A stretch of DNA of 59,229 bases, the filler included, from Sphacelaria rigidula (Eukaryota): the NCBI GenBank assembly GCA_964200075.2. It is 10 parts of 10 records of this genome, joined end to end, with 100 filler letters (N's around TTAATTAATTAA, not from the genome) between each part and the next. Parts side by side here need not be neighbours in the genome. Positions count along the whole stretch, not along the records: positions 35,601 to 41,433 come from CAXNAA020024104.1; positions 41,534 to 47,365 come from CAXNAA020024105.1; positions 47,466 to 53,297 come from CAXNAA020024106.1; 7 more parts are not named here. One strand, written 5' to 3'. Position numbers and translations under genes: made by a program. Below the pieces are notes generated by a model, which was not told where the DNA came from, did not search any database, and saw nothing but the letters and a program-made list of their open reading frames with translations. Shown here piece after piece: positions 37,230 through 49,035 of this stretch. The number at the start of each line of letters is the position of its first letter. The stretch's first letter is position 1.

Positions 37230-38971
37230 CAAGGTTGTGTTCTGTAGGGTACGGTTTTCTGTGTACCCGGGGTATTTTGCCGGGTATTTATCGTACCTGA
37301 CACTTGTGTTACTTCTCTTGAGACTTTCATACTGGTACCCAACAGTTCTTTAATCTCGGTAACACTTCCGTACCCTTACCCGATAGTTCTGTAATCTGTG
37401 TAAGGCTCACGTACCGTCACCGGGGGGCACGGGTACGCTTTTGATAGGATACCTGATTGCGGGTACGGTTTTCTGTGCAACCTCCATACCCTACCCGACA
37501 GTTTCTGTGAATTCTGTAAGCTTCCCATACCCTTACCCGACAGTTCTGTGAGTTCTGTACACAATGTTTACCCGTACCCGGAGCGTGGGTATGCTCTTGA
37601 AGAAATACCCGATTGCTGGTACCGGTTTTCTGTAAGCCTCCTATACCGTACCCGACAAGTTCTGTAATATCTGTAAGACGTTCATCCAGTACCGGTACCC
37701 GACAGTTCTGTGAGCTCTGTAAGCCTCCCATACCCCTACCCGGGGTTCTGGTATACCGCTATAGATATACCCGATTGCAGGTATGAGCAAAGGTATGTAC
37801 CTTGGGGAGGCACGGATATAGGTTCAATCCAAACACAACCTCATGAGCTGAACATGTACCTCCCATCGATCAACCCCCCCAACTCCTTCATTCAAAACTG
37901 CACACCAATAGTAACTCACTGTTAAAAAGTTCTTCAGTTTGGGATCTGGCGGGAATACCGCTGAGTGGAAACACGAAACAAGATCAGCGCTGCAGACCGT
38001 CAGGATCAATCACCCCCAGACTCGCGAGTGGTGGGTCCAGCGGGGGTGGTTCATCTGCGCCACCAGAGGATCAAGTAGCAAGACGGACGCCATCGACGTG
38101 GATGGTGGCTGTGTCGTTGTAATCAAACCCCAGGCCGTTATCGACATGTACAGCACAGAGTATATGAGCTGCCAGCGAAAGTCGTCAAGGCCGTCGGCGA
38201 TTTTGTCGCGTGCCGAAGGGCTTCCAGAGAATGGGCAGCCGTGACTGCTCCTTCATGCACTCTCTGGGAGTTTACGTGAAGCCGATAGATGTTGACAATC
38301 CATGTACTACTGCGATCGTTCGTGTAGTCATTCTCTATCAACCCCGTGAAAGCTGTTCAAAGTGTTCGTGAACTGTCATCTGTATTTCGCCAATGTGGTA
38401 GTGACGTAGGTCCCATCACATGGCTGATGACAGTACCAAGGTCGTGTTCTGTAGGGTACGGTTTTATGTATACTCGGGGTATTTTGCCGGGTATTTACCG
38501 TACCCCACAGTTCTGTAAACTCTGTAAGATTTCCATACCGGTACCCGACAGTTCTGTAACCTCTGTAAAACCTTTATACCCGTACCTGATAGTTCTGTAA
38601 TCCCTATGAGACTCCCGTACCGTTACCAGGGGGCACGGGTACGCCTTTGATTCAAGATTACGGGTACTGCTCTCTGTGCAACCTTCATTCCCTACCCGAC
38701 AGCTTCTGTGAGTTCTGTTAGCCTCCCATACCCTTACCCGATAGTTCTGTGAGTTCTGTGTACAAAAACTTCACTTTAACCCGAGGGGCAGGTATGCCCT
38801 AAAAGAATGACCCTATTGCCGGTACCGGTTTTCTGTAAGCCTCCTGCTTCGTACCGGAACAGTTCTGTATTTTCTGTAAGATTTTCATGCCGGTACCCGA
38901 CAGTTCTGTACGTTCTGTAAGGAATCTTATACCCTACAGAACGTGCCCGTACCTTACAGAACACACCCTTG
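37230..38971. mobile_element. Composite non-autonomous TIR element: two family-G MITE copies (37230-~37804 and 38437-38971) plus intervening DNA, 10-bp TSD
   Basis: GAAATATGTG at 37220-37229 and 38972-38981. Outer TIRs CAAGGTTGTGTTCTGTAGGGTACGG / CCGTACCTTACAGAACACACCCTTG. Internal CCCGACAGTTCTGTGAGTTCTGTA subrepeats in both copies. Confidence 0.8.
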
Positions 38972-40364
38972 GAAATATGTGCATACGTAGCGCTAGTGAT
39001 CGACGCCATTCAGCTACTGTTGTGGTCAGCAATAGATAATAGTGGTCGCGATTCAGATTCTATTGTGACCCTCAATATACATTGATGAGCTCAGTTTAGA
39101 TCCTTTTGTGACCAACAATATGTGTTGCTGGCCGTGTGGCAGATCCCATTGTGACTTACGTCAACATACATCGGTGGCCACGATTCAGAGCCTATTGCAA
39201 CAAATACAGTGTATCGATAGATAACTTGGCCCCTCAATTGTCACGGCAATGATACATTCTGTCCCTTGTCCCAAATATATAGTCGCCTACAATGATAGCT
39301 ATCGATGGACGTTGATGCCAGTCAATTATGACTGACAATGAACACTGACGGTCAATTTTTCGCGGCTCTTGCAGCATCAATTTTCCATTGCATAGTCCAG
39401 GGTATTATATAAGCACATCTCACCCACACGCAAAAAAAGTACTGTAAGCGCTCATGTTCATCAGAGGGACAACCATAAGCCCTAACACCACATCAACAAC
39501 AAAAGTTGTAAAGTTTTGTCCACACATATTGTGGATTTCTACGAAATACAAGCGTTCCAAAATTGTAGAAACGTCATGTCATGTATTCACAAGTAGTATA
39601 ATCATGTACCCACTGAATATTACCTGCGGCTTGTCTAACTTCCGTACCCCAACGGAGTATAATATACTCTATACGTAGTACGTTGTGATGTAGGTGTGGC
39701 GATAGGCAATAGACGACAAAAAATACCTATCGGTAGTCATTGCATACCGCAGTAGATTATGGTGTGTATCTATCGATGGTCATTGCCGCCGTGCATAGAT
39801 TTACACGCAATCTATCAATAGTTATTGCCATAATCAATGGACTTGGTATACAATCTGTCAACAGACATCGTCATCAATAGTTTTGCCAGGTGGTCTATCG
39901 ATGGCCACGGCCGTAATCAATAATAGATTTGGAAAGCTATCGATCGATGCATTTGGTCGGCCGCAATATATTTCGGTGTAGGGCCACAGCAGCGTGCTGC
40001 CCAGACAAGAGTGTGGGAAACTGGTCTATCGATAGACATTGCCGACGGCAATAGAAAGATGAACTTGACGATCGATGGCCATTACGGGCGATAATATTGG
40101 CATCTACTTCAGCAGATTCTATTGCGATCGCAACAGATGCCGTCCATTGTCCAAGGTGTGAGGGGATGCGCCAGTTTTTGCCCACAAAAAAAAACAAGGC
40201 ATACCCAACTATAGTACTACAGCGTATCTATTCCTGTGCTCAACTCGTACTCGATGCTGCAGGGTTGCTGTGGTGGCTGAGAATGAGTTGGATGGAGTTG
40301 GCATGGTTCTGTGAACGCATACTCGTATGACTGGCGTGTGACTGGCCTGATTGTCGTCGAGATA

Positions 40365-40616
40365 CACACGCGGCCATTTGGCTATACCCCCCAATTTCCT
40401 CCAGGTGGGTAGACTTTTCGAGCCTCCGGAGGCTTGTTTTTGCCTCTCGAGGGTCGAGCATACCCCGAAATTCCTCCGGAGGGGTGCGCGGCCTTCTGGG
40501 GCGGTAGTGTCTGGTTTCCTCTATAGGGATTGAAGGCCTCCGGATGCTTATTTCGCCTCGGAGGGTCGCGCATCCCTCCGAAGGCATTTTTGGGGGAAAC
40601 CATATGGCCGCGTGTG
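40365..40616. mobile_element. MITE (~250 bp) with CACACGCGGCCAT TIRs
   Basis: TA-CACACGCGGCCATTTGG...CCATATGGCCGCGTGTG-TG; internal CCTCCGGAGG subrepeats. Confidence 0.7.
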
Positions 40617-40949
40617 TGGGAGTCAAGTGCCACTTCGCGCCTTTCTACCGCATGTTTTAGATCGAAAAAGCTTAGCTTTTTTGTTTTGTTTTTCTCCGCG
40701 CGCCACTAGTTTCAAATCGGAGTTGAAGCACTCTAAGAACAAAAATGTGGTGGACCTATTAGATCGAAAAACAATAATGGACCGCATTTCAGACTACGAC
40801 CGACCGCTCCTTACAGCAGACAAAAATATAAATCTGGAAAAGTGCATTTTTGGAGCTTCGCAGTCGTTTAACCCCCTCGAAGAGAGCTGGGCGGATCCTC
40901 ACACCTTGGAATGACTTGCGGTACTCGTTGAGACGGTTCCAGCACACCA

Positions 40950-41246
40950 AACAACATTTTCGTAAAATTGAGAGTTGAAGGTACGATTGAGAGTGAAAAG
41001 TGGTCAATTAGTGAATAATAAGCCGTTTCAGTTCCGAAATGCACCACCAGGCTCAATATTCTACCTGTAGTAGCTTGCCACTGAGGCCCTCGATACCCCT
41101 GAGTTGGATATCAACGTGTAGCTGTAAGCACACGTGAGTAATGGAGGCAACGAAGAGCACACATGGGATGAAAAATCGGCTGAGTTAAAGCGAATGATCA
41201 AAGCCATTCTCAATCCGCGCTCTACTCTGAATCTCACGAAAACGTT
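40950..41246. mobile_element. MITE family F copy
   Basis: Colinear with 36391-36697. Confidence 0.85.
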
Positions 41247-41364
41247 CTCGTATATATAACTTGTGAAAACAAGACGTACCTGCTCCGACAACTTTTGGCC
41301 TTTGCATAATAAGTTGGGATCAGCTGCTTCACCGTGGGGAGTGCATCGTGTCCGGTAGTACCGA

Positions 41365-41433
41365 GTGTTATCGTCCCATTTATTCTGGGCGCCAGTCTAC
41401 CCCTTTCGGGATATGTGGGTGCATCAGCCGGGG
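41365..41433 (-). mobile_element. tRNA-SINE 3' fragment at the contig end
   Basis: GTCCCATTTATTCTGGGCGCCAGTCTAC...ATCAGCCGGGG. Confidence 0.75.
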
Positions 41434-41545
41434 NNNNNNNNNNNNNNNNNNNNNNNNNNNNNNNNNNNNNNNNNNNNTTAATTAATTAANNNNNNNNNNN
41501 NNNNNNNNNNNNNNNNNNNNNNNNNNNNNNNNNGCCAAGGGATCG

Positions 41546-44310
41546 ATGGCGGACTGGAGCACTGCGGAAAGACACTCGGCCGTCGTGGGAGACACATCGT
41601 CTCCAACAGAGATGCTGGAGGTGAAAGAGAATGTTGCCAGCTTGCAAGACTCGATGGCGGATATCACCGAGCAGCTGGCGGAGCTGAAGACGATGATGGC
41701 GTCCCAGTTAGTGCGCGGGACATCGTCCACTGGCCCCGGAGTGGCGGCGGAGGAGGAGGGGGAGGCAGGCGACGGGGGGCACACCGTCGCCGGTGCCGGA
41801 ACAGGGAGGACCCGGTCACCACGCGGTGTAGGGATTGTATCAGGCCCTCTCCGCGGATCCACGGGCGATGGATCCACCGAAGTAAGTACGAAGGAGGAGT
41901 CCCCGGCTTACTACCCCCATCTAGACGTGAAGAATTATTTTCGTGTTGATGAAACGTTTGATGGTCAGGAGGGAAACTGGCCGTTGTTTCGTGATGAGTT
42001 CCTGACACAAGTCAATGTAGCAGGTTTTATGAGCGCTCTACGAGACACACGAAATATTCAGGTTCGAGTAACGAGGATTGGTTAGTCAGGGATTAGCACC
42101 ACAGGAAATTCAGATGTACAGACTCTTGTGAGCGGGATTGGTGAGCTCCACAAAGGATAAGCATGTGAAGCAAACCATATACTCCTATAAGGAACCGTCT
42201 GTGGCGTGCCGAGCATTGGAAGAGTATTATGCGCTGTTGACTGGTGGTGAACAGATCTCGTTGGTTGGGAATGTTTCTGTATAACACAGGAAACTGGCCA
42301 GGACCCCCGCGAATACTGGCAAGACTATCAAAACGTTATTGTGTCACTGGAAACGGCTCTCGAACAACCGATACCAAAGAAATGGGTATTCTCGCGTTTC
42401 CTGGACGAACTCACAGCTGGTTATGATTACCAGAAACAACACCTCCTCTCACAGAAGGGCTTGGATGTAGAACATTTGTTGGCGACGTTGAGAACCAGGT
42501 TTGGGGTGATCAGAGACAAGAAGGGAAAGGGTAGCCAAGCCTTGATGTCAGTTGAGAAGAACAGTGGCGAATGAAGTCGGAAGATAAAATTACAAGGGAC
42601 CTCGGGAAGTACGGGGGATTCAAAACTAGGCGGGCGTGAACATGGTTCTGCGAAGGAGAGGCGATGTTGGATTTGCCGGAAGCAAACAACACACTTCGCG
42701 CGTGACTGTCCGGAACGACACTGTATGAGATGCGGAAAAAAGGGACACTCGTCCCAGGATTGTGATACAGGAGAGGAAGATACCGCGATGGCAGTAGGGT
42801 CGTCGGGTAGCAGCGATTCTTCAGTATGTTCGGAAGCGGACGCAGAAGCCTTTTGAAAAATGATGGCATGAGACCTGTGCATGATTAAAATACCCCTTTG
42901 TTTTTATTTTCGAGTGTTCGTGACCATCATGCAGATAGCGATTCATGTACCCAGCGAAAGGTTGTTGCCCAGGTGGATCGAGATGTTGACATCTCCGGAC
43001 GATGCTGAGACCATATTTTTGATTTGGACACCGAACGTCAGTGTTGATGTTTGACGAATTTCTGTCTCGATGAGTGTAGACTTGCTTTGCGCACTTGTTT
43101 GACTCGATCGATGAATAGGAGATTGTCTGCCGTTTGTGTAAGAGTGAGGAGAGCGGGGCACTGCGACTTGACTTGACTGTGGAACGGTGTCGGTAAAATT
43201 GCACAGAGTGAAGTGCGTGAAGAGTGTTGAGAACATGTTTTGACATGGATGCCGAAACTCAACGCTTATGTGTAACATTGTTGCCACCCCGATGAGCGCA
43301 GGACTGTGGGGCACCACACCCTTACTCGATCGGTTAAGGTGAAACCTTGTTCGTCGCCTTGGTGAGTACAGGCACGTGGGTCACCGTTGTCTGACTAGAC
43401 TAGAGAGTGATGTCGATGAAATGCTCCGCAAAGGGGTAAGCGGATGAACGACGGTTGAGACAACAAAATTTGAGGTGGGTTCCGAAACTCGACATCCAAG
43501 TGAAAAAGTTGTTATCATTCCGAGAGGTGTAGGATTCGCGAGGCATCGGCTTCTTGACTGGATTGGTTGAAAAGACTTCGTTGTTATGGTATGAGCAAGG
43601 ACTGAGTATAGCGCATTACTAGTAGCTTGGCCTGATCATGATAATATCGGAAGGGTGACTGTGGGCACAAACGAAATGCCTGTGCTACAGGTCAGCAAAA
43701 CGCATGTGACCCATATTTGATGGCTAATAGATGGAGCTGACGTTATGTGCGAGATGCGGTTCATGTGCACAGCATGATAAAAGAAGAGTGCATTGTATCA
43801 CCCATATGGGAGCTGGTCCTTGCTCGGTTGGCTGGCCAGGCGAATTCCATACAGGTTTACACATGTTGGCACGGCATGTAAAAGGTCAAAGTGTACTGTT
43901 TCATGCAACCAGGATGCTAGCGGCCGAAATGCCGTTTGATCCATGTGTGGTATGTGAACGAGAAGTGAAGAGTTGAAATAATAGTGCTGGATCCGGGTAT
44001 AATATGTGGGTGTGCGTTCGCGACTGCCGTAACGCGACACCACAGTACGGTACGTGGTAAAAGTATGTTCATCGGTTGGTGATTGACGCGCCTGAGTAAC
44101 ATGGATATTAATACTTTTCCTTTCTATTGTCCCACGGCCCATTCCCCTTGGGTCTGCACGATATGTGAGACGCTAAGCCTCCAAAAACCATTTTTGTCCG
44201 ACACAGGTGCTGTCTGTAAGGCTGAGACGAGCATGACATGACAGATGGTTTTGGAGGGCGGTGACCGACCAGGATCAAGATCAGCCCCTCGCTGCAAACC
44301 TCCCCACTAC
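41546..44310 (+). pseudogene. Degenerate, internally deleted Ty1/copia element (gag with two zinc knuckles; pol traces)
   Basis: Gag-like FDGQEGNWPLFRDEF and FLDELTAGYDYQKQHLL. Knuckles CWICRKQTTHFARDC and CMRCGKKGHSSQDC at 42665-42763. RT traces PY.ELV..GWLA / HMLARH across frames at ~43800-43880. Confidence 0.7.
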
Positions 44311-45300
44311 GGGGGGAAGATGATGAATGCACCACTCCTTCCCCGTGGCCTAGAAGTGGGGGGGGGCGGAAGACTTTGATTAGAAATTGGGGGGGCTGAT
44401 GCTGATCGTGTGTTTTGTCTGGAGGCGTTGAACTGCTTTGCTCCGCCGGTCACCGAGGGGGAATAAGGGGTTAAGTAGATGTAGTGAGTGTCTAGTTTGG
44501 TTTGATGGCGTAGGCACAACTGTAGTATGGATTGCTGAATTTGAATTTTGAAATTTGATTCTTGTACTGTAGGCAGCTGACTGACTGTGAAGTAGATTTT
44601 GCAGCATGTGATCCGAGTTTCGAAAATTGTCAACTGCACTGTGTTGTGTGGGTTCATATATGTTACCTAGGAGCTTGGTCTCGCGTGCGTCGTGCAGGTT
44701 ACTCGAATGCTAAGTACGACCACCCACGCTATTGTAAGGGGCATGGTGGGCTAGTACAGTTGAAGAATTTGACTTGCGTTTCGCTTGGGTTGACCATCAG
44801 GAGCTACAGTGTAGTAAAACAAACAGTTCATCCATCCCTGTTTTTTTTGTCTTGGTAATATACCGATGTATTTGATTCTTGGCTGGGTTGTCTTGGTCCA
44901 TAGTCGTTGAAAGAAGTGACGAGTTGCGGGATTCACGATGGTTTTACGGTTGCTGATGAAATTCATTTCTTGAGAGGATACACCTGTTGAATGCGCCGTG
45001 AGCGGAAGAGTTCTTTTTCCGGTGGGTAGTTCTGTTCACTGAGCATGGTCCTTGAACCTTACTTTTGACACCATAGTCAATGGGGAGGTGTTTGTTGGAT
45101 AGCCTGCGGTGGTCAGTAAGATACACCTAGTCGGGGTAAGGTACAACAGTCTAGTGATATACTTGTTTGAGTTCCGGGTACTACGCGGGATGACTTTATA
45201 TTGTAATGTTAGTGACTGGACATACGTGAGTGGTGCTTGTCGCATCTTGGTACCTCGGCCCCCATCGGGCCCACTCCCCTTCCTTCCCTCTTCATCAACA
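44311..45300 (+). mobile_element. Polypurine tract and putative 3' LTR of the copia element
   Basis: GGGGGGAAGA followed by TGATGAA (44321) ... TTCATCAACA (45300). No second LTR is available to confirm. Confidence 0.5.
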
Positions 45301-47465
45301 AAGCTTTATATACATTCCTACCTCATCTTGATCGGCAGTCAGCCGTGTCCATTGATCGACTATCGCAGTCGTGTCCATTGATCGACTATCTGAGTCGAGT
45401 CTACACCCCATCCTCTCACCGGGTCACGAAGCTACAAACACTCAAACACTAAATCACATCGGACATAGCCATGTGCATCCTACATGCGTCCGAATCCGGG
45501 CAGCAGCGAGAAGCGAGAAGGCGTGTGACCATGTGCTGTGGAAATACACAAGCGGATCTTGTTCACGAATGACTACAAGTTCTACCCACACGGCGATGTC
45601 CCCCAGACTCACCACCGGGGCTGTACGTTCGGAGTGTGCCGGTCGAGATCGGCTGTAAACCGCGGGTGTGGCATGTGTTGGACGGGATAGCGCTGGGAAT
45701 GGTACAGGCACTTCACAACATGTCCGGAGGATACGGAATAAGGATACATAGACACAACATGCTAGCCGTGTGGTCTTTTGTTTTTGCGAGCGTAGGAGTC
45801 GCGGGTTCATTGGAAAGGATGTCATTCCGAAATGTACTCATATTCAATTCCATTCAAAACCCACAATCATCAGCGGGAACGAGTGTAATGTTCGGGTGCC
45901 CGCGATCTTCAGCACTTACTCTTCCCGCGGTATTACTGCATCAAGTGCGTTGTGGTGCTCTTACCTCGAGATCGATTGCGGTGCCGTATCTCACGTTCGG
46001 ACTGCCCCGACTGGTGTCTGAGAAGTGCTACTGACGTAGCACCCCAAGGGTGAGTCTTGGGGATCTTCCGCATCTGCGGTCAGCGAATTAACCAGGGGGT
46101 GGTTGGGGAAGGATCGCACTTCAATGCTTTTGATTCCGGGGGTGCCTCCAACATTGCGGTTCTCGTTCCAACGACAACTGAGTTTTCCTTGCTGAATCAT
46201 CTTCTGTCATGGTCGCCGCACCCGATCATCGTATCGTATTGTTGTAGCGTCCAACTTCTCAACTCGACATTTATGTACAATTGCAGAGCGCGTCGATGTC
46301 AGAGATCTCGTAGGTAATAATCTCAGGCTCATTTTTTTTCGTGAATTTGAAATTTTCTGGTAAGCATTCGTGGTGAACTCAAGGGAAAATAAGAAACAGG
46401 AATCGGAAAGAGCAAGGTGCTTGGCAGGTAAAACTCTGCAACAACAAACTGCGCCTCAGGATAATAAGAACCTGCCTCCACAACCACCATGGCTACATCG
46501 GTCCCCCAGCGAAGCTGTCTCCTCTCTTGAATTGACCGACAACATTGATCTCTACTGACATACCCCGTGAAAAATGACAATCTGTACCAAACTCCTACAG
46601 TACTGCACTGTATTTTGTTCCGGTCTTCTTGTCTTTCACAACAACATTGGTCGGTGTACTGCTTGCTTACTGCTGGCGCACGGTAGAGTACTGATCCTGC
46701 CGTCCCTCTCGGCAGAAGATAAGAGTAGCGGGGTACCTTGAATGCCCACTACTCTTATTCCTGGGCAAAATAGGGATTTTGAAGTCCAACACTCAGCTTT
46801 TTGCATCTCGTCGAACAAAAAAAAATGATTTCAGCATTTCTGCTGGATTCGGAGAAAAAGGAAGACGCCAAGCCTCGCTCAAAATAAGAGTTTGTTGACA
46901 CCTGCCGCGCTCTGCAAACTCTGTTGATCTTCCTTCACGTTGGTGGTCAGTGGAACCCGGGCGCACGTTCCCAACATTCGATCGTTGCGCCTCGAAGGGC
47001 ATCAGGCGCGTGTGGTACCTTTCTCCATCGAGCACACAACCCCCCGAGTTATACATTGCCCACGGCCGCATGTCGTAACGTCGTGAATATTGATGGCATG
47101 GTCACGACCGCCATTCACGTACTACAGTAGTACTGTACACAGTAGTATTCTTCTGCCAGTCGGCGCAGTTCATACCCGAGCATAACACTGTTCACAGACT
47201 GTACAATGTTGGAAATATTTTGTGGCTTGTTGTGGTGTTTGATATTGTTCTCGAAACAGACCGTCTACTGTGCCGAAGACAGTAGTGCAGCGGAGGCTGC
47301 ACAATAGTAAACAGGGTTGTCAGAAAAATGAGAACGTATTTTGAAATGAGAATCAACCGCTCCCCNNNNNNNNNNNNNNNNNNNNNNNNNNNNNNNNNNN
47401 NNNNNNNNNTTAATTAATTAANNNNNNNNNNNNNNNNNNNNNNNNNNNNNNNNNNNNNNNNNNNN

Positions 47466-47657
47466 TTTTTTTTGTTTTTTTGTTGTTGTGTTTTTTTTTT
47501 TTTTTTTGTTGTTTTTGTCGTTGTTTTCTTTCTTCTTTCCTTTCTGCGGCTGTTGCTTTTGTCTTTTTTTTTTTTTCTTATTCTGTTCTTTTTTGCTGCT
47601 CCTGACCACGGGCTGAAGTTGCAGTCAGCCAATGTGAGATAATCTATCAACCAATCA
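47466..47657 (+). mobile_element. LINE 3' end
   Basis: T-rich tract, then CTGACCACGG...GCCAATGTGAGATAATCTATCAACCAATCA. Confidence 0.6.
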
Positions 47658-47873
47658 GTGAAAGTACGGCGGGAGTGATGAAAGTTGATGAAAATGTCAA
47701 CGATGGACTGTGGTAATGGTCATCATCCAATGTTAGATAGTAAAGTTCAAACCCAGTTTATGCCTGTGGAGAGATATTTGGTCCCTTTAGAGTGCGGCCT
47801 CAGCCCCATGGCGGGCGGAGGGGTGAAGAGGAAAAGCAGGAGAGGAAAGAGAGGGGGGAGGGGGAAGGATACT

Positions 47874-48056
47874 CATATGTTGCTTGCCTTGGTCATTTGA
47901 CCATTACACACGCATCCCTTTCGAGACGGAGCATCGTTTCTGCTCCTACTAAAGGCACCTCCAAGATTTGAGCGCTCATTGCGTTTCTCCCATAGATTAT
48001 GCAAAACCTTTTACATGTATTTATCCCTTTCCTGTTCCGCCGTCTGTGTCCGCCTG
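47874..48056 (-). mobile_element. LINE ORF2 C-terminal fragment (one internal stop)
   Basis: RRTQTAEQERDKYM*KVLHNLWEKRNERSNLGGAFSRSRNDAPSRKGCVCNGQMTKASNI*; homologous pieces at 23735-23795 and 29330-29397. Confidence 0.6.
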
Positions 48057-48662
48057 TTCACTTGCTAGTATAGTGATCGTTTTTTCGGTTCGATCTATTG
48101 CGCGATTGTTTTTTATGTCACAGGGGGGACGGTGGTGGGCTTGAGACGGCATGAATAGCGATAACCGCAGGGACTTGGCCGCATATACTTGCGCGGTACC
48201 ATTTTGGGTTCGCTGCGCCCGCAGAATTGCCTTGACAAGTCGGTGCTTGCCGTATAATTAATAAGTTCGTCTACTTGTTTGTTGAGAGCAGAAAGGATAT
48301 GGTTGGCTCCCAACGTAAAGAAGCGATCCGAAAATGCTTTCGTTTTGCAAACTCAATCGACATGTGCAAAATGGAATATTAGGTTGAAACCCACCGCAAG
48401 TTCGAACCCCATTTTCGAAGAGACTTTGTTACATGACTGCGTGATATGTCGTTCAATCTAGCTAGCCACTGTAGCTCGGTGATGGCACTCGGAAGTCGGT
48501 TGCCATTGTAGGCACAGGTGCAGGCACAGGCGCCGGCGCAGAAATAGTCACCTTTTTTGGGTTCGTCTGTACCTTGTGGTATTTCTTTTACTCCCTGGGG
48601 TACAGTCGGCTTGATCTGGTGATGAATGCTTTGTACATCCCAAGATTATGTTGTGTAGGGTA

Positions 48663-49035
48663 TGTGTTGTTGTGTGTTGTCATCCCATATAATATGACCG
48701 CCAGTCTACACCACTCGGTATATGTGGGTACATCAGCCGGGGTCACACAGGTGGAAGGCCAACACGGGGTTTTTAATATATTTTATTTGTTTTAGTTCTC
48801 CACCTTCCTTCTGCGGTGCGTGCCTCATTTTTTAGCGCGAGAAGGGTTCAGCGGTCCCTTTCCCTAGTCGATCTTGAAGTCGAATTTCGTTTACCCACGA
48901 CATACGTGATCACTTCCCACTGTTGTTGGGCAAGATGTGAGAAGAGTCCCAGATCGTGTGACGTCGCCGGGATCTGAACCCACGTCCTAGCTGTCAGGAG
49001 GTTTCGAGGTTACCAACTCAGCCACCGGGGCGACC
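48663..49035 (-). mobile_element. tRNA-derived SINE, full length
   Basis: Head GGTCGCCCCGGTGGCTGAGTTGGTAA...GGGTTCAGATCCC; body colinear with 14366-14724; (AC/AAC) tail. Confidence 0.8.

Larger units (their letters stand above)
36300..40140. repeat. Degenerate ATCGAT-rich repeat region hosting later insertions
   Basis: Recurrent CTATCGATAG.CATTGCCG...AATAGAT words (e.g. ~36968, ~37058, ~39771, ~40026) on both sides of the 37230-38971 insertion. Confidence 0.6.

Noticed and set aside
45991..46260. Host gene exon
   Set aside because: The only resemblance is WNENRNVGG to the LINE C-terminal peptide; too weak to call either way.
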